From Phycisphaerae bacterium (GTDB lineage: Bacteria; Planctomycetota; Phycisphaerae; Tepidisphaerales; Tepidisphaeraceae), in NCBI GenBank assembly GCA_031377185.1, contig JANMES010000070.1, positions 1 to 24,000 on the forward strand: a stretch of 24,000 bases of DNA. The letters run 5' to 3'. Positions 15,822 through 23,482 of the stretch are shown in pieces. The position numbers and the translations under genes were made by a program. The notes beneath the pieces were generated by a model. That model did not search any database. It was not told the DNA's origin and worked only from the letters and a program-made list of their open reading frames with translations. Positions within the stretch are counted from its first letter, which is position 1. Each line of letters begins with the position of its first letter.

Positions 15822-16526
15822 ATGAAACGCTTAACACTATTAGCTGCGATCATTCCCATGATGCTAGCAGCCGCAGCCTATGGGCAGACCAAAAGTCTGA
15901 CTCAAATCACTGCGACCAAACATAATTTCAACGCCGACGGATATGCATGGGCCGACGGCGAGATCTGCAAACCCTGTCACACCCCGCACAATGCGATGCA
16001 GGATGCCAGCATCAGCACGCGTCTGTGGAACCACAAGCTCACCACCGCAACCTACACGTTGCACGATGGTGTGACCACCGCCACCTACGACCAGGCGTTG
16101 GACCGCTACAGCCGCCTGTGCATGAGCTGCCATGACGGTACGGTCGCTCTGGACGCTTTCGGAATCAACTCCGACGGCACACCGAATGACGGCGTCGACA
16201 CCGCCGGTTTCAAGAGGACACCGTCCAATCTTGGCACGAACCTGGTGAACGATCACCCGGTCGGGCTGGGCGCGAACTACACCTCAGCCTCGGCCAAGCC
16301 ATACTTCAATAGTATGACGACCCCGGTTGCTCCGAGCACGACCTATAAGATCGGCGCTCTGAGCCTGGTGAACGCCACCGTCAGTGGCGCCAGCGTCCAA
16401 GTTGTTGGGTGCAGCACCTGCCACACCCCGCACGGTAAAGGTCTGACTGCCGGCAACCCGTACAAGCACCTGCTGGTGATGGATAACAGCAACAGTGCTC
16501 TGTGCCTGAGTTGCCACATCAAGTGA
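15822..16526 (+). CDS. Secreted tetrahaem cytochrome c
   Basis: GGAGA sits 6 nt upstream of ATG 15822. Signal peptide MKRLTLLAAIIPMMLAAAAYG. Four CXXCH motifs: CKPCH, CMSCH, CSTCH, CLSCH. The upstream part of the track ORF (15741-15821) is not needed. Confidence 0.9.
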   Translation: MKRLTLLAAIIPMMLAAAAYGQTKSLTQITATKHNFNADGYAWADGEICKPCHTPHNAMQDASISTRLWNHKLTTATYTLHDGVTTATYDQALDRYSRLCMSCHDGTVALDAFGINSDGTPNDGVDTAGFKRTPSNLGTNLVNDHPVGLGANYTSASAKPYFNSMTTPVAPSTTYKIGALSLVNATVSGASVQVVGCSTCHTPHGKGLTAGNPYKHLLVMDNSNSALCLSCHIK

Positions 16527-16545
16527 TGAAAGAGAGGCCGCCGGG

Positions 16546-16568
16546 GGGCCAGTGCAATGCACTGGCCC
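16546..16568 (+). terminator. Perfect GC-rich palindrome 20 nt after the tetrahaem cytochrome stop; possible intra-operon attenuator or terminator
   Basis: GGGCCAGTGCA-a-TGCACTGGCCC has 11-nt arms that are exact reverse complements. No clear T-tract follows (cttacc). Confidence 0.4.
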
Positions 16569-16677
16569 TTACCGGCGACCCCACACAAGTCGTTGCATCG
16601 GCCCCGTCCGCCCGTTCCATAGATAGTAAGGTCCGCACTTGAGGGAGTCGAGTCAGTTTGAAAGGTTGGATTTGAAG

Positions 16678-17925
16678 ATGTACACACCCCACCGAATCGC
16701 TGTGAACGCCTTGGTCCTCTGCTCCCTGTTCGCTTTAATCGGTTGCCAATCGCAAAAACAAGTCACCGCCCCTCGCGAGATCTCCTTCTGGCCCGCTCCG
16801 CCGGATGAACCTCGGATCCAGTTCCTGACCTCCTACGTCTCGTCGGCTGATGTCGCCGAAAGGCAGACGGGCATCGAGGACTCGATCTACGGCAAAGCCG
16901 ATATCCTGCCGATCACCAAGCCGTACGGCGTGGCGATGTGGCAGGGGAAGGTCTATGTATGCGACATCCGCAATAAAGGCGTCACTGTTTTGGACTTGCG
17001 ATCGAAACTCACCCGCGTCTTAGGGGCCGGTGGTGTGGGCGTCATCGAGAAAGCCATCGACATCGCCATCGCGCCTGATGGGTTTAAGTACGTCGTTGAC
17101 GGAAACCGCGCCGTGATTGTCGCGTTTGACGCTCAGGACAAGTTCTCCGGTGTGTTCGGGCCCAAGGATTTCAATCCGGTCAGCATCGCGGTTTACCAGA
17201 ACGAACTGTTCGTCGCCGATTTCCGCGGGCAGAAAATCAAAGTCCTCGACCGCGTCACAGGGAAGCAACTCCGCACGATCGGCGAAGCCGGGCCCGATGA
17301 CGGGCAATTCGTCCGCCCGCTGGCGGTACGCGTTTCGCCGAAGGGGATGGTCGTCGTCTCCGACATCATGAAATGCCGCATCCAGACCTTCACCCGCGAT
17401 GGCAAGTTCGTCTCTGCTCACGGCCAGATGGGCAACAGGCCCGGCGATCTGAACAAGCCCAAGCACATGGCGTTTGATGCCAACGGCTTCATTTACGTCG
17501 TCGATGCCGGCTTCAACAACGTGCAGATCTTTGACGACGAAGGCAAAGTTGTCGACTATTTCGGCTCGGCCGGCGCTCACCCGGGGTCGATGGATCTGCC
17601 GGCCGGTATCTTCGTTCAGGAAGGGGATTTAGAGCTGTTCGAGAAGTACATTCATCCCGCGTTCCAGCCCGAGCGATTGATCGTCGTCACCAACCAGTTC
17701 GGACCGCACCGCGTGGCGGTGTATGCTCAGGGTCACCTGAAGAAAGGCAAAACCGTCGCCGACGTGCTGCCGGGTCGGGCGAATGTGGCTGCCGGGATCG
17801 AAGACCCCAACAAGGCCGCCACCACCCAGCCCGTACCGCTGAAAGACCGGCTGCCCGCGCCGCTGGATACGCCCTCGACGAAGCCGACCTCGGCACCGGC
17901 CGCGCCGTCGCCTTTCGTGAAGTAA
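16678..17925 (+). CDS. NHL-repeat six-bladed beta-propeller lipoprotein (paralog 1) with a Pro/Thr-rich C-terminal tail
   Basis: Lipobox LFALIGC. Repeated NHL-type blades: PYGVAMWQGKVYVCD, AIAPDGFKYVVD, IAVYQNELFVADFRGQKIKVLD, VRVSPKGMVVVSD, MAFDANGFIYVVDAGFNNVQIFD. Confidence 0.85.
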   Translation: MYTPHRIAVNALVLCSLFALIGCQSQKQVTAPREISFWPAPPDEPRIQFLTSYVSSADVAERQTGIEDSIYGKADILPITKPYGVAMWQGKVYVCDIRNKGVTVLDLRSKLTRVLGAGGVGVIEKAIDIAIAPDGFKYVVDGNRAVIVAFDAQDKFSGVFGPKDFNPVSIAVYQNELFVADFRGQKIKVLDRVTGKQLRTIGEAGPDDGQFVRPLAVRVSPKGMVVVSDIMKCRIQTFTRDGKFVSAHGQMGNRPGDLNKPKHMAFDANGFIYVVDAGFNNVQIFDDEGKVVDYFGSAGAHPGSMDLPAGIFVQEGDLELFEKYIHPAFQPERLIVVTNQFGPHRVAVYAQGHLKKGKTVADVLPGRANVAAGIEDPNKAATTQPVPLKDRLPAPLDTPSTKPTSAPAAPSPFVK

Positions 17926-17980
17926 CTCGACCCAGGCGCCCCACTACATCCTCCCGGATCAGGGCGCCCTCAGGTGCCCC

Positions 17981-18640
17981 ATGGCCGACCGATGCTCATC
18001 CCGATGGACTCTGCTTCGGCGGATCATCGTACCCCTGCTGGCGATCGTCATGATCGCCAGTTGGTTCGGATGTACAGCACAAAAGCGGTACGTCGTCCTG
18101 AGCTTCTTCTTCGACGGCGTGCCTGACCCAAGCAAACCCGCCCCCGGATCACGCGGGACCATCGGCGTCAACGGCCAGGTGGTACTCGCCTCCCACGTCC
18201 ACAAACCCTACGCCGACGGCAACTGCCAGGCCTGCCACACCGGCGGAACCGACAGCGTCTTTCGCGCCAGCAGCGGGTTGAGTATTGAATCCGACGTCTG
18301 CCTGAAATGCCACCAGAAAGTTCTCACCCAATACCCCGTCATGCACGGTCCGGTGACGAGCGTGGAGTGCCTGCGGTGTCATACGCCACACGAATCGAAC
18401 TCCGCGCACTTGCTGAGCAGCGCTTCTCCGCGGGTGTGCGTGCAATGTCACACGCCCGAGCTTTTGTCGACCAAACCCCCCGAGCATATGGTTAAGACCG
18501 CCGACTGCCTGAGCTGCCACAGCGGGCACGGCGGACTGAAACACAAGCTCCTGCTCGACAGGACAACCACCCGTCCGGCAACGCAGCCTGCACCCTCCTC
18601 GAAAATCGCGATGGCCAACCCCCAGCGGGAGAAGCCATGA
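17981..18640 (+). CDS. Pentahaem c-type cytochrome, probable lipoprotein
   Basis: Five CXXCH motifs: CQACH, CLKCH, CLRCH, CVQCH, CLSCH. The N-terminal hydrophobic span ends in the lipobox-like WFGC. The stop overlaps the start of the next gene (ATGA at 18637-18640). Confidence 0.9.
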   Translation: MADRCSSRWTLLRRIIVPLLAIVMIASWFGCTAQKRYVVLSFFFDGVPDPSKPAPGSRGTIGVNGQVVLASHVHKPYADGNCQACHTGGTDSVFRASSGLSIESDVCLKCHQKVLTQYPVMHGPVTSVECLRCHTPHESNSAHLLSSASPRVCVQCHTPELLSTKPPEHMVKTADCLSCHSGHGGLKHKLLLDRTTTRPATQPAPSSKIAMANPQREKP

Positions 18641-20652
18641 GGAACCCGAGCTGCATCCCGACAGGCTCAAGGCTTCTCGTTGCAGCCGCTTGTGTCCTGC
18701 TGGCCAGCCGGCTGGCGATGGCACAATCCGACGAAACACCGGTATACGGCGCTAGACAACGTCCTCCTGTGGTTGATTTTGAACGCATTACCGGCGACTT
18801 CAGCCTGACCGTAAGAGCGTCAAAGGAGGAGCAGACACCGAAAACCGGCGACAAGACCAAGACCAACGAATTGATCTTTGAAGAAGCTCTCACGCTCCGC
18901 ACTAACGGATACGTCGTCACGCCTCGATTCGCGGTCATCAACCTGAGCGGCCGGTTCGGGCTCAATCAGGATTATCTCGATCAAACCGATCGAACGGAGA
19001 GTACCAACTCCACTATCTACGAGTGGGACACCTCGGCCACCTTTCTGCAGGACAGTTCCAAGCCGCTCACGCTCTACTCGTCGCAGTCGCGATCGTTGGT
19101 CGATCGGTCGTTCGGATCAACCCTTGAGGACACCACCACGACGTATGGCGCCCTGTGGCAACTGAGATCTCCCACCCTGCCCACCGAGCTGCGCGTCTAT
19201 CGCGAAACCCAAACCCAGTCGGCTCTGAACAGTAGTGAGCCTGATTTCAACATCGAACGCAACGCTTTCGACTGGCACACGGAATACAAGATCTCCGAGC
19301 GCCAGCACGCAGACTGGAACTACCACCTGGAATCGACCGACCAGAACAGTTCGTCAGGCGTGAGCGAAACCAGCACGTCTCAATCGGCGTCGCTGACACA
19401 CTCGTACGTTTTTGCCGACAAGCTGGGATCATCGCTGGATTCGGGCGTAAGCTGGTCCCATGTCACCGGACTGTTCCCGATCGAAACCGAACGATGGAGC
19501 GAACGCCTCCGGCTGCGCCACACCAGAAAATTTGAGACCAACTACGAGTATTCCATCGACCGACAGGACTACAACACCAACAGCCAAATCCGACAGCGCG
19601 GCGTGGTCGGATTTCGCCACCAGTTGTACGAAAGCCTCACCACGATCGGCCGAACCGGTTGGCAGCAGATTGATCTGTCGGACGACAGCCAAACCACCAA
19701 CTGGTTCGACACGCTCGACTTCAACTACAACAAGAAGATCCCGTACGGGCTGATGCTGGACACGTTGAGCCTGTCCTACGATCGTCAGAACAACACCGCT
19801 CGGCAGGCCACTACGCAGGTGCAGAACCAACCATTGATCTTTACCAGCTATGCTCCGGTGATCATCCAGCAGCGGAATATCGTTCCGTCGTCGGTGGTGA
19901 TCCGCGATGCGACCGGGCAGCTCTATCTTCCCGGCGACGGCTATACCGTGATCGCCGTGCCCAACGGTGTGCAGATTCAGCCCGAACCGGGCGGGCCACT
20001 TCCGTTGAATGAACCGCTGTTCCTCTTCTACGACATCGGACCGGCACCGGCGAATATCATCACCTCCAGGGGACTGAGTATCAGCATCCGCTACGAAATC
20101 CAGCGGGGCTGGCTCAAGGGAGTCAGCCCGTACGCTCGGTATGGCATGATCGATCAGGACGTGGAAGGCGGGATGGATCAGGTCAAACCCAATTCGTCCC
20201 GCAGCTATATTTATGGCGTGGATTACCGGGTGCGGGATTTCCGATTCAAAGCCGAGCGGGAAATCGTCGAAAGCGACCTGTTTCCCTACGACACCACCCG
20301 CTACGAAGCCCGATACGACCACCGCGCCACCGTCTCCACCACCATTTCTCTCAGTGCCATCTACAGCGACACCCATTACACTGAGCAAAATACCGAAATC
20401 CAAACGCTTCTGGTAAACGGAGGATTGGCCCACCAGATCAGCCGAAACCTCACTTTCAACGCCTCGGCGGCCTGGGTTAACATCGACGACAATACCAGCG
20501 GCATGACCAACGGCTGGGAGGAAGAACTCAGGATCACCTGGCAACATCGACAGACCGAGATCTACGGTCGAGTCCGTAACGCCACACTCGACACCGATAA
20601 CGACACCCGGTCGTTCCAGTTCCTGGAAGTTGGCATTCGGCGGGAGTTTTAG
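18637..20652 (+). CDS. Predicted large outer-membrane beta-barrel protein (porin component of a cytochrome conduit?)
   Basis: Signal peptide ending LAMAQ. Composition is rich in Ser, Thr, Asn, Gln, Tyr and Asp, with many short alternating amphipathic stretches. No Cys or haem motifs. The C-terminus is ...LEVGIRREF, with the terminal Phe typical of BAM substrates. Confidence 0.7.
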   Translation: MRNPSCIPTGSRLLVAAACVLLASRLAMAQSDETPVYGARQRPPVVDFERITGDFSLTVRASKEEQTPKTGDKTKTNELIFEEALTLRTNGYVVTPRFAVINLSGRFGLNQDYLDQTDRTESTNSTIYEWDTSATFLQDSSKPLTLYSSQSRSLVDRSFGSTLEDTTTTYGALWQLRSPTLPTELRVYRETQTQSALNSSEPDFNIERNAFDWHTEYKISERQHADWNYHLESTDQNSSSGVSETSTSQSASLTHSYVFADKLGSSLDSGVSWSHVTGLFPIETERWSERLRLRHTRKFETNYEYSIDRQDYNTNSQIRQRGVVGFRHQLYESLTTIGRTGWQQIDLSDDSQTTNWFDTLDFNYNKKIPYGLMLDTLSLSYDRQNNTARQATTQVQNQPLIFTSYAPVIIQQRNIVPSSVVIRDATGQLYLPGDGYTVIAVPNGVQIQPEPGGPLPLNEPLFLFYDIGPAPANIITSRGLSISIRYEIQRGWLKGVSPYARYGMIDQDVEGGMDQVKPNSSRSYIYGVDYRVRDFRFKAEREIVESDLFPYDTTRYEARYDHRATVSTTISLSAIYSDTHYTEQNTEIQTLLVNGGLAHQISRNLTFNASAAWVNIDDNTSGMTNGWEEELRITWQHRQTEIYGRVRNATLDTDNDTRSFQFLEVGIRREF

Positions 20653-20653
20653 G

Positions 20654-21682
20654 ATGAGACACCACCTCGCACTATTCCTGCTTGTGATCGCCGCCGGTTG
20701 TAGCACACCGGCGGGCGTGATCTTTCCCGACCTGCCCAACGCCCCCCGCTGGCCTGGACCGCCCGATCAGCCGCGAATCCGATACGTCGGACAACTGCAG
20801 AGCAATGTCGATCTCAAGCCCGGCGTATCGTTTGGAGAAAAACTGAACCGCGCGATCTTCGGTAAGAACCCAACCCAGACCATGCTCACCCCGTTCGCCG
20901 TCTGCACCGACAACGTCTCCCGCGTATTCGTTGCTGACTCCAACGCACAGGTGGTACACGTTTTCGATCTCAAAACACGCAAGTACTCGCAATGGCGGCC
21001 GGAAAACAAACACAAGCGATTCGATCAGCCCGTGGGCATCGCGTACGACCCGGGCGGGAGGTTGCTCGTCTCGGATTCCGTTGCAGCGTGCATCTACGTC
21101 TTCAACGCCGACGGCAAATACACCGGTACGATCGGCAACGGTCATTTCATGAGACCCTGCGGGCTGACGATCCATTCGATCACACGCCGTATCTACGTCG
21201 CAGATTCCGCGGCGCATCAGGTCGTTGTCCTATCCGCCAACGGGCAGGAACTGGTGCGGGTCGGCAAGCGAGGCAACAAGCCCGGGGAGTTCAACTTCCC
21301 CATCTCCGTCGCCATCGATCGCCAGGGCCGGCTCTACGTTGCCGACGCGCTCAACTTCCGCGTGCAGCAGATCGCGCCGGACATGAAGACCGTTCAGGTC
21401 TTCGGGCGTAAGGGCGACGCACCGGGATATTTCTCTCAGCCCAAGTGCGTGGCGGTGGATAACGAAGATCACGTGTATGTGGTCGATAATCAGTTCGAAT
21501 CCGTGCAGGTGTTTAATTCCGACGGCGCCTTGCTGATGGATTTCGGCGAAGAAGGGCGCGGCCCCGGGCAGTTCTGGCTGCCCACGGGCCTGTTCATCGA
21601 TTTCGGCAACCGAATCTGGATCGCCGACAGTTACAACCGCCGACTACAGGTGTTTGATTATCTCCCGGAGGTCAAGCCATGA
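20654..21682 (+). CDS. NHL-repeat six-bladed beta-propeller lipoprotein (paralog 2)
   Basis: GGGAG lies 7 nt upstream of ATG 20654, which is 1 nt after the barrel gene stop. Lipobox VIAAGC. NHL blades: VFVADSNAQVVHVFD, IAYDPGGRLLVSD, IYVADSAAHQVVVL, VAIDRQGRLYVADALNFRVQQI, VAVDNEDHVYVVDNQFESVQVFN, IWIADSYNRRLQVFD. Confidence 0.85.
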   Translation: MRHHLALFLLVIAAGCSTPAGVIFPDLPNAPRWPGPPDQPRIRYVGQLQSNVDLKPGVSFGEKLNRAIFGKNPTQTMLTPFAVCTDNVSRVFVADSNAQVVHVFDLKTRKYSQWRPENKHKRFDQPVGIAYDPGGRLLVSDSVAACIYVFNADGKYTGTIGNGHFMRPCGLTIHSITRRIYVADSAAHQVVVLSANGQELVRVGKRGNKPGEFNFPISVAIDRQGRLYVADALNFRVQQIAPDMKTVQVFGRKGDAPGYFSQPKCVAVDNEDHVYVVDNQFESVQVFNSDGALLMDFGEEGRGPGQFWLPTGLFIDFGNRIWIADSYNRRLQVFDYLPEVKP

Positions 21683-23292
21683 AACGGCTGATGTTTATCC
21701 TCGCGTGGTGGATGCTGGCCGCTACCGCGGTTGCACAGCAGCAGAGCATTGTGAACAGCCCGCACAACCTTTCCGCCAACGGCCCGGGGGCAGTGCGCGC
21801 CAGCAATGAGCAGGAAGTTTGTATCTTTTGCCATACGCCGCACAACGCCGCTCCCGTCCAGCCGCTATGGAACCGCAACACCCCGGCCAGCACATATCGG
21901 GTGTATTCCAGCAACTCCCTGCAAGCCGCCCCGGGCCAGCCGACGGGGTCGTCAAAGCTCTGTCTGTCGTGTCACGACGGGACGATCGCGCTCGGCAGCG
22001 TGCTTTCGCGCGAGCAGCCGATCGCCATGGCCGGCGGAATCACCACCCTGCCGCCGGGCACTACCAATCTGGGCACCGATCTGTCGGATGATCATCCGAT
22101 CTCCTTCAAGTACGATGCGGCGTTGACACAAAAGAATCTGAAACTCAAAGACCCCGCGCTGCTCCCTCCCGACGTAAAGCTCGACGCGAACAAGGAAATT
22201 CAATGCACCAGTTGCCACAACGCCCACGACAATCAGTTCGGCAAATTCCTCGTCATGGACAACACCCATTCCGCGCTTTGCAGCAGTTGCCATAGCAACG
22301 GCACGACCTCAGTGGTGGGTCACAGCGAATGCGCCAACTGCCACCAGCAGCACAGCGCCCCGAGTGGACCTTACCTGCTGAAAGCCGCAAAGGTGAGCGA
22401 TACCTGCCTGACTTGCCACAGCGGCACGGGCGGCGCAAACCAGGGGGCGGACATCGCCAGCGACATCAATAAGTACAGCAAGCACGACACATCCAGCCCC
22501 GTGAACCTGGCCGATCCGTATCCGAACAATGTCGGCTGCAGCGATTGCCACGAACCGCACACGATGACCGGCGTGATTGCGTCAGCCCCGTCAATCTCCG
22601 GGAAGTTCGGCAAAATCAATGGCGTGAATGCTTCGGGCGTGCCCGTGGTCAACGCGCAGTACGAGTACGAGGTTTGCTTCAAGTGCCACGCCGACAAATC
22701 CGCCGTCCCGCCGACAGTCAGCCGGCAGGTCGTCCAAGCCAATCTGCGACTGAAGTTTGACCCGACGGCCGTCAGCTTCCATCCGGTGGAGGCGGCTGGT
22801 CGAAACACCAATGTGCCTAGCCTGCGGCCGGGCCTGTCGACCGCGAGCATCATCTACTGCAACGACTGCCACAACTCCGACACCGGCAAGAAAGCCGGCA
22901 CTGGCGGGCCGGACGGCGTGCATGGGTCGATCAACAAGCCTCTGCTCGTTGCGCGGTACGACACGCTCGATAATACCCCAGAATCCGAAGCCACCTACGC
23001 ACTCTGCTACAAGTGCCACGACCGCAACAACATCCTGGCCAACGCTTCGTTCACCAAGCACAAGGAACATGTGGTCGATAAACGCACGACATGCTCTACT
23101 TGCCACGATCCGCACGGTATCCCATCGGCCCAGGGAACGGCGACGACCAACGCGAACCTGATCAACTTCGACACGTCGATCGTGCAGCGCGACCCAGTGA
23201 CGCAGAAACTCGAATACCGCTCCACCGGCCCCGGCCATGGCACATGCACGCTAAGCTGCCACGGCGTGGTTCACTCGGGCACAGCGTATTGA
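21679..23292 (+). CDS. Secreted multihaem cytochrome c with 11 CXXCH motifs plus one C-terminal CX3CH
   Basis: ATGA overlap with the preceding NHL gene. Signal peptide MKRLMFILAWWMLAATAVA. Motifs: CIFCH, CLSCH, CTSCH, CSSCH, CANCH, CLTCH, CSDCH, CFKCH, CNDCH, CYKCH, CSTCH, and CTLSCH. Confidence 0.9.
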   Translation: MKRLMFILAWWMLAATAVAQQQSIVNSPHNLSANGPGAVRASNEQEVCIFCHTPHNAAPVQPLWNRNTPASTYRVYSSNSLQAAPGQPTGSSKLCLSCHDGTIALGSVLSREQPIAMAGGITTLPPGTTNLGTDLSDDHPISFKYDAALTQKNLKLKDPALLPPDVKLDANKEIQCTSCHNAHDNQFGKFLVMDNTHSALCSSCHSNGTTSVVGHSECANCHQQHSAPSGPYLLKAAKVSDTCLTCHSGTGGANQGADIASDINKYSKHDTSSPVNLADPYPNNVGCSDCHEPHTMTGVIASAPSISGKFGKINGVNASGVPVVNAQYEYEVCFKCHADKSAVPPTVSRQVVQANLRLKFDPTAVSFHPVEAAGRNTNVPSLRPGLSTASIIYCNDCHNSDTGKKAGTGGPDGVHGSINKPLLVARYDTLDNTPESEATYALCYKCHDRNNILANASFTKHKEHVVDKRTTCSTCHDPHGIPSAQGTATTNANLINFDTSIVQRDPVTQKLEYRSTGPGHGTCTLSCHGVVHSGTAY

Positions 23293-23303
23293 GACAGCGC
23301 CTG

Positions 23304-23327
23304 TCGCATGGGCTACCAGCCCATGCC
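23304..23327. repeat. 24-nt palindromic element, copy A (hairpin with 9-bp stem and acc loop), 11 nt after the cytochrome stop
   Basis: tcGCATGGGCTaccAGCCCATGCc. Its exact reverse complement occurs at 23450-23473. Confidence 0.8.
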
Positions 23328-23394
23328 CAATTTAGCTGGGGCGGCAGATGTGCGGGGGTTTTGAATAGACTCGCTCCGAGCGTCGAGGGCAAAA

Positions 23395-23427
23395 CGATCC
23401 ACGTTTGTATTGCGTAATCGTGGATCG
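23395..23427. repeat. Hairpin with 9-bp stem and 15-nt AT-rich loop, flanked by the 10-nt direct repeat TCGCTCCGAG
   Basis: CGATCCACG-tttgtattgcgtaat-CGTGGATCG. TCGCTCCGAG occurs at 23371-23380 and at 23434-23443. Confidence 0.6.
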
Positions 23428-23449
23428 ACTTGTTCGCTCCGAGACTCCA

Positions 23450-23473
23450 GGCATGGGCTGGTAGCCCATGCGA
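23450..23473. repeat. 24-nt palindromic element, copy A' (inverted copy of 23304-23327), 9 nt after the TPR gene stop
   Basis: gGCATGGGCTggtAGCCCATGCga is the exact reverse complement of copy A, 24 of 24 positions. Confidence 0.8.
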
Positions 23474-23482
23474 CGAATTTGG

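Noticed and set aside
19429-20739. 436-aa ORF antisense to the barrel gene
   Set aside because: It lies entirely within, and opposite to, a gene with strong signal-peptide and C-terminal-Phe evidence. Its translation is Gly/Val/Asp/Arg-rich with no motifs, as expected for a shadow ORF in GC-rich DNA. It has no RBS or independent context.
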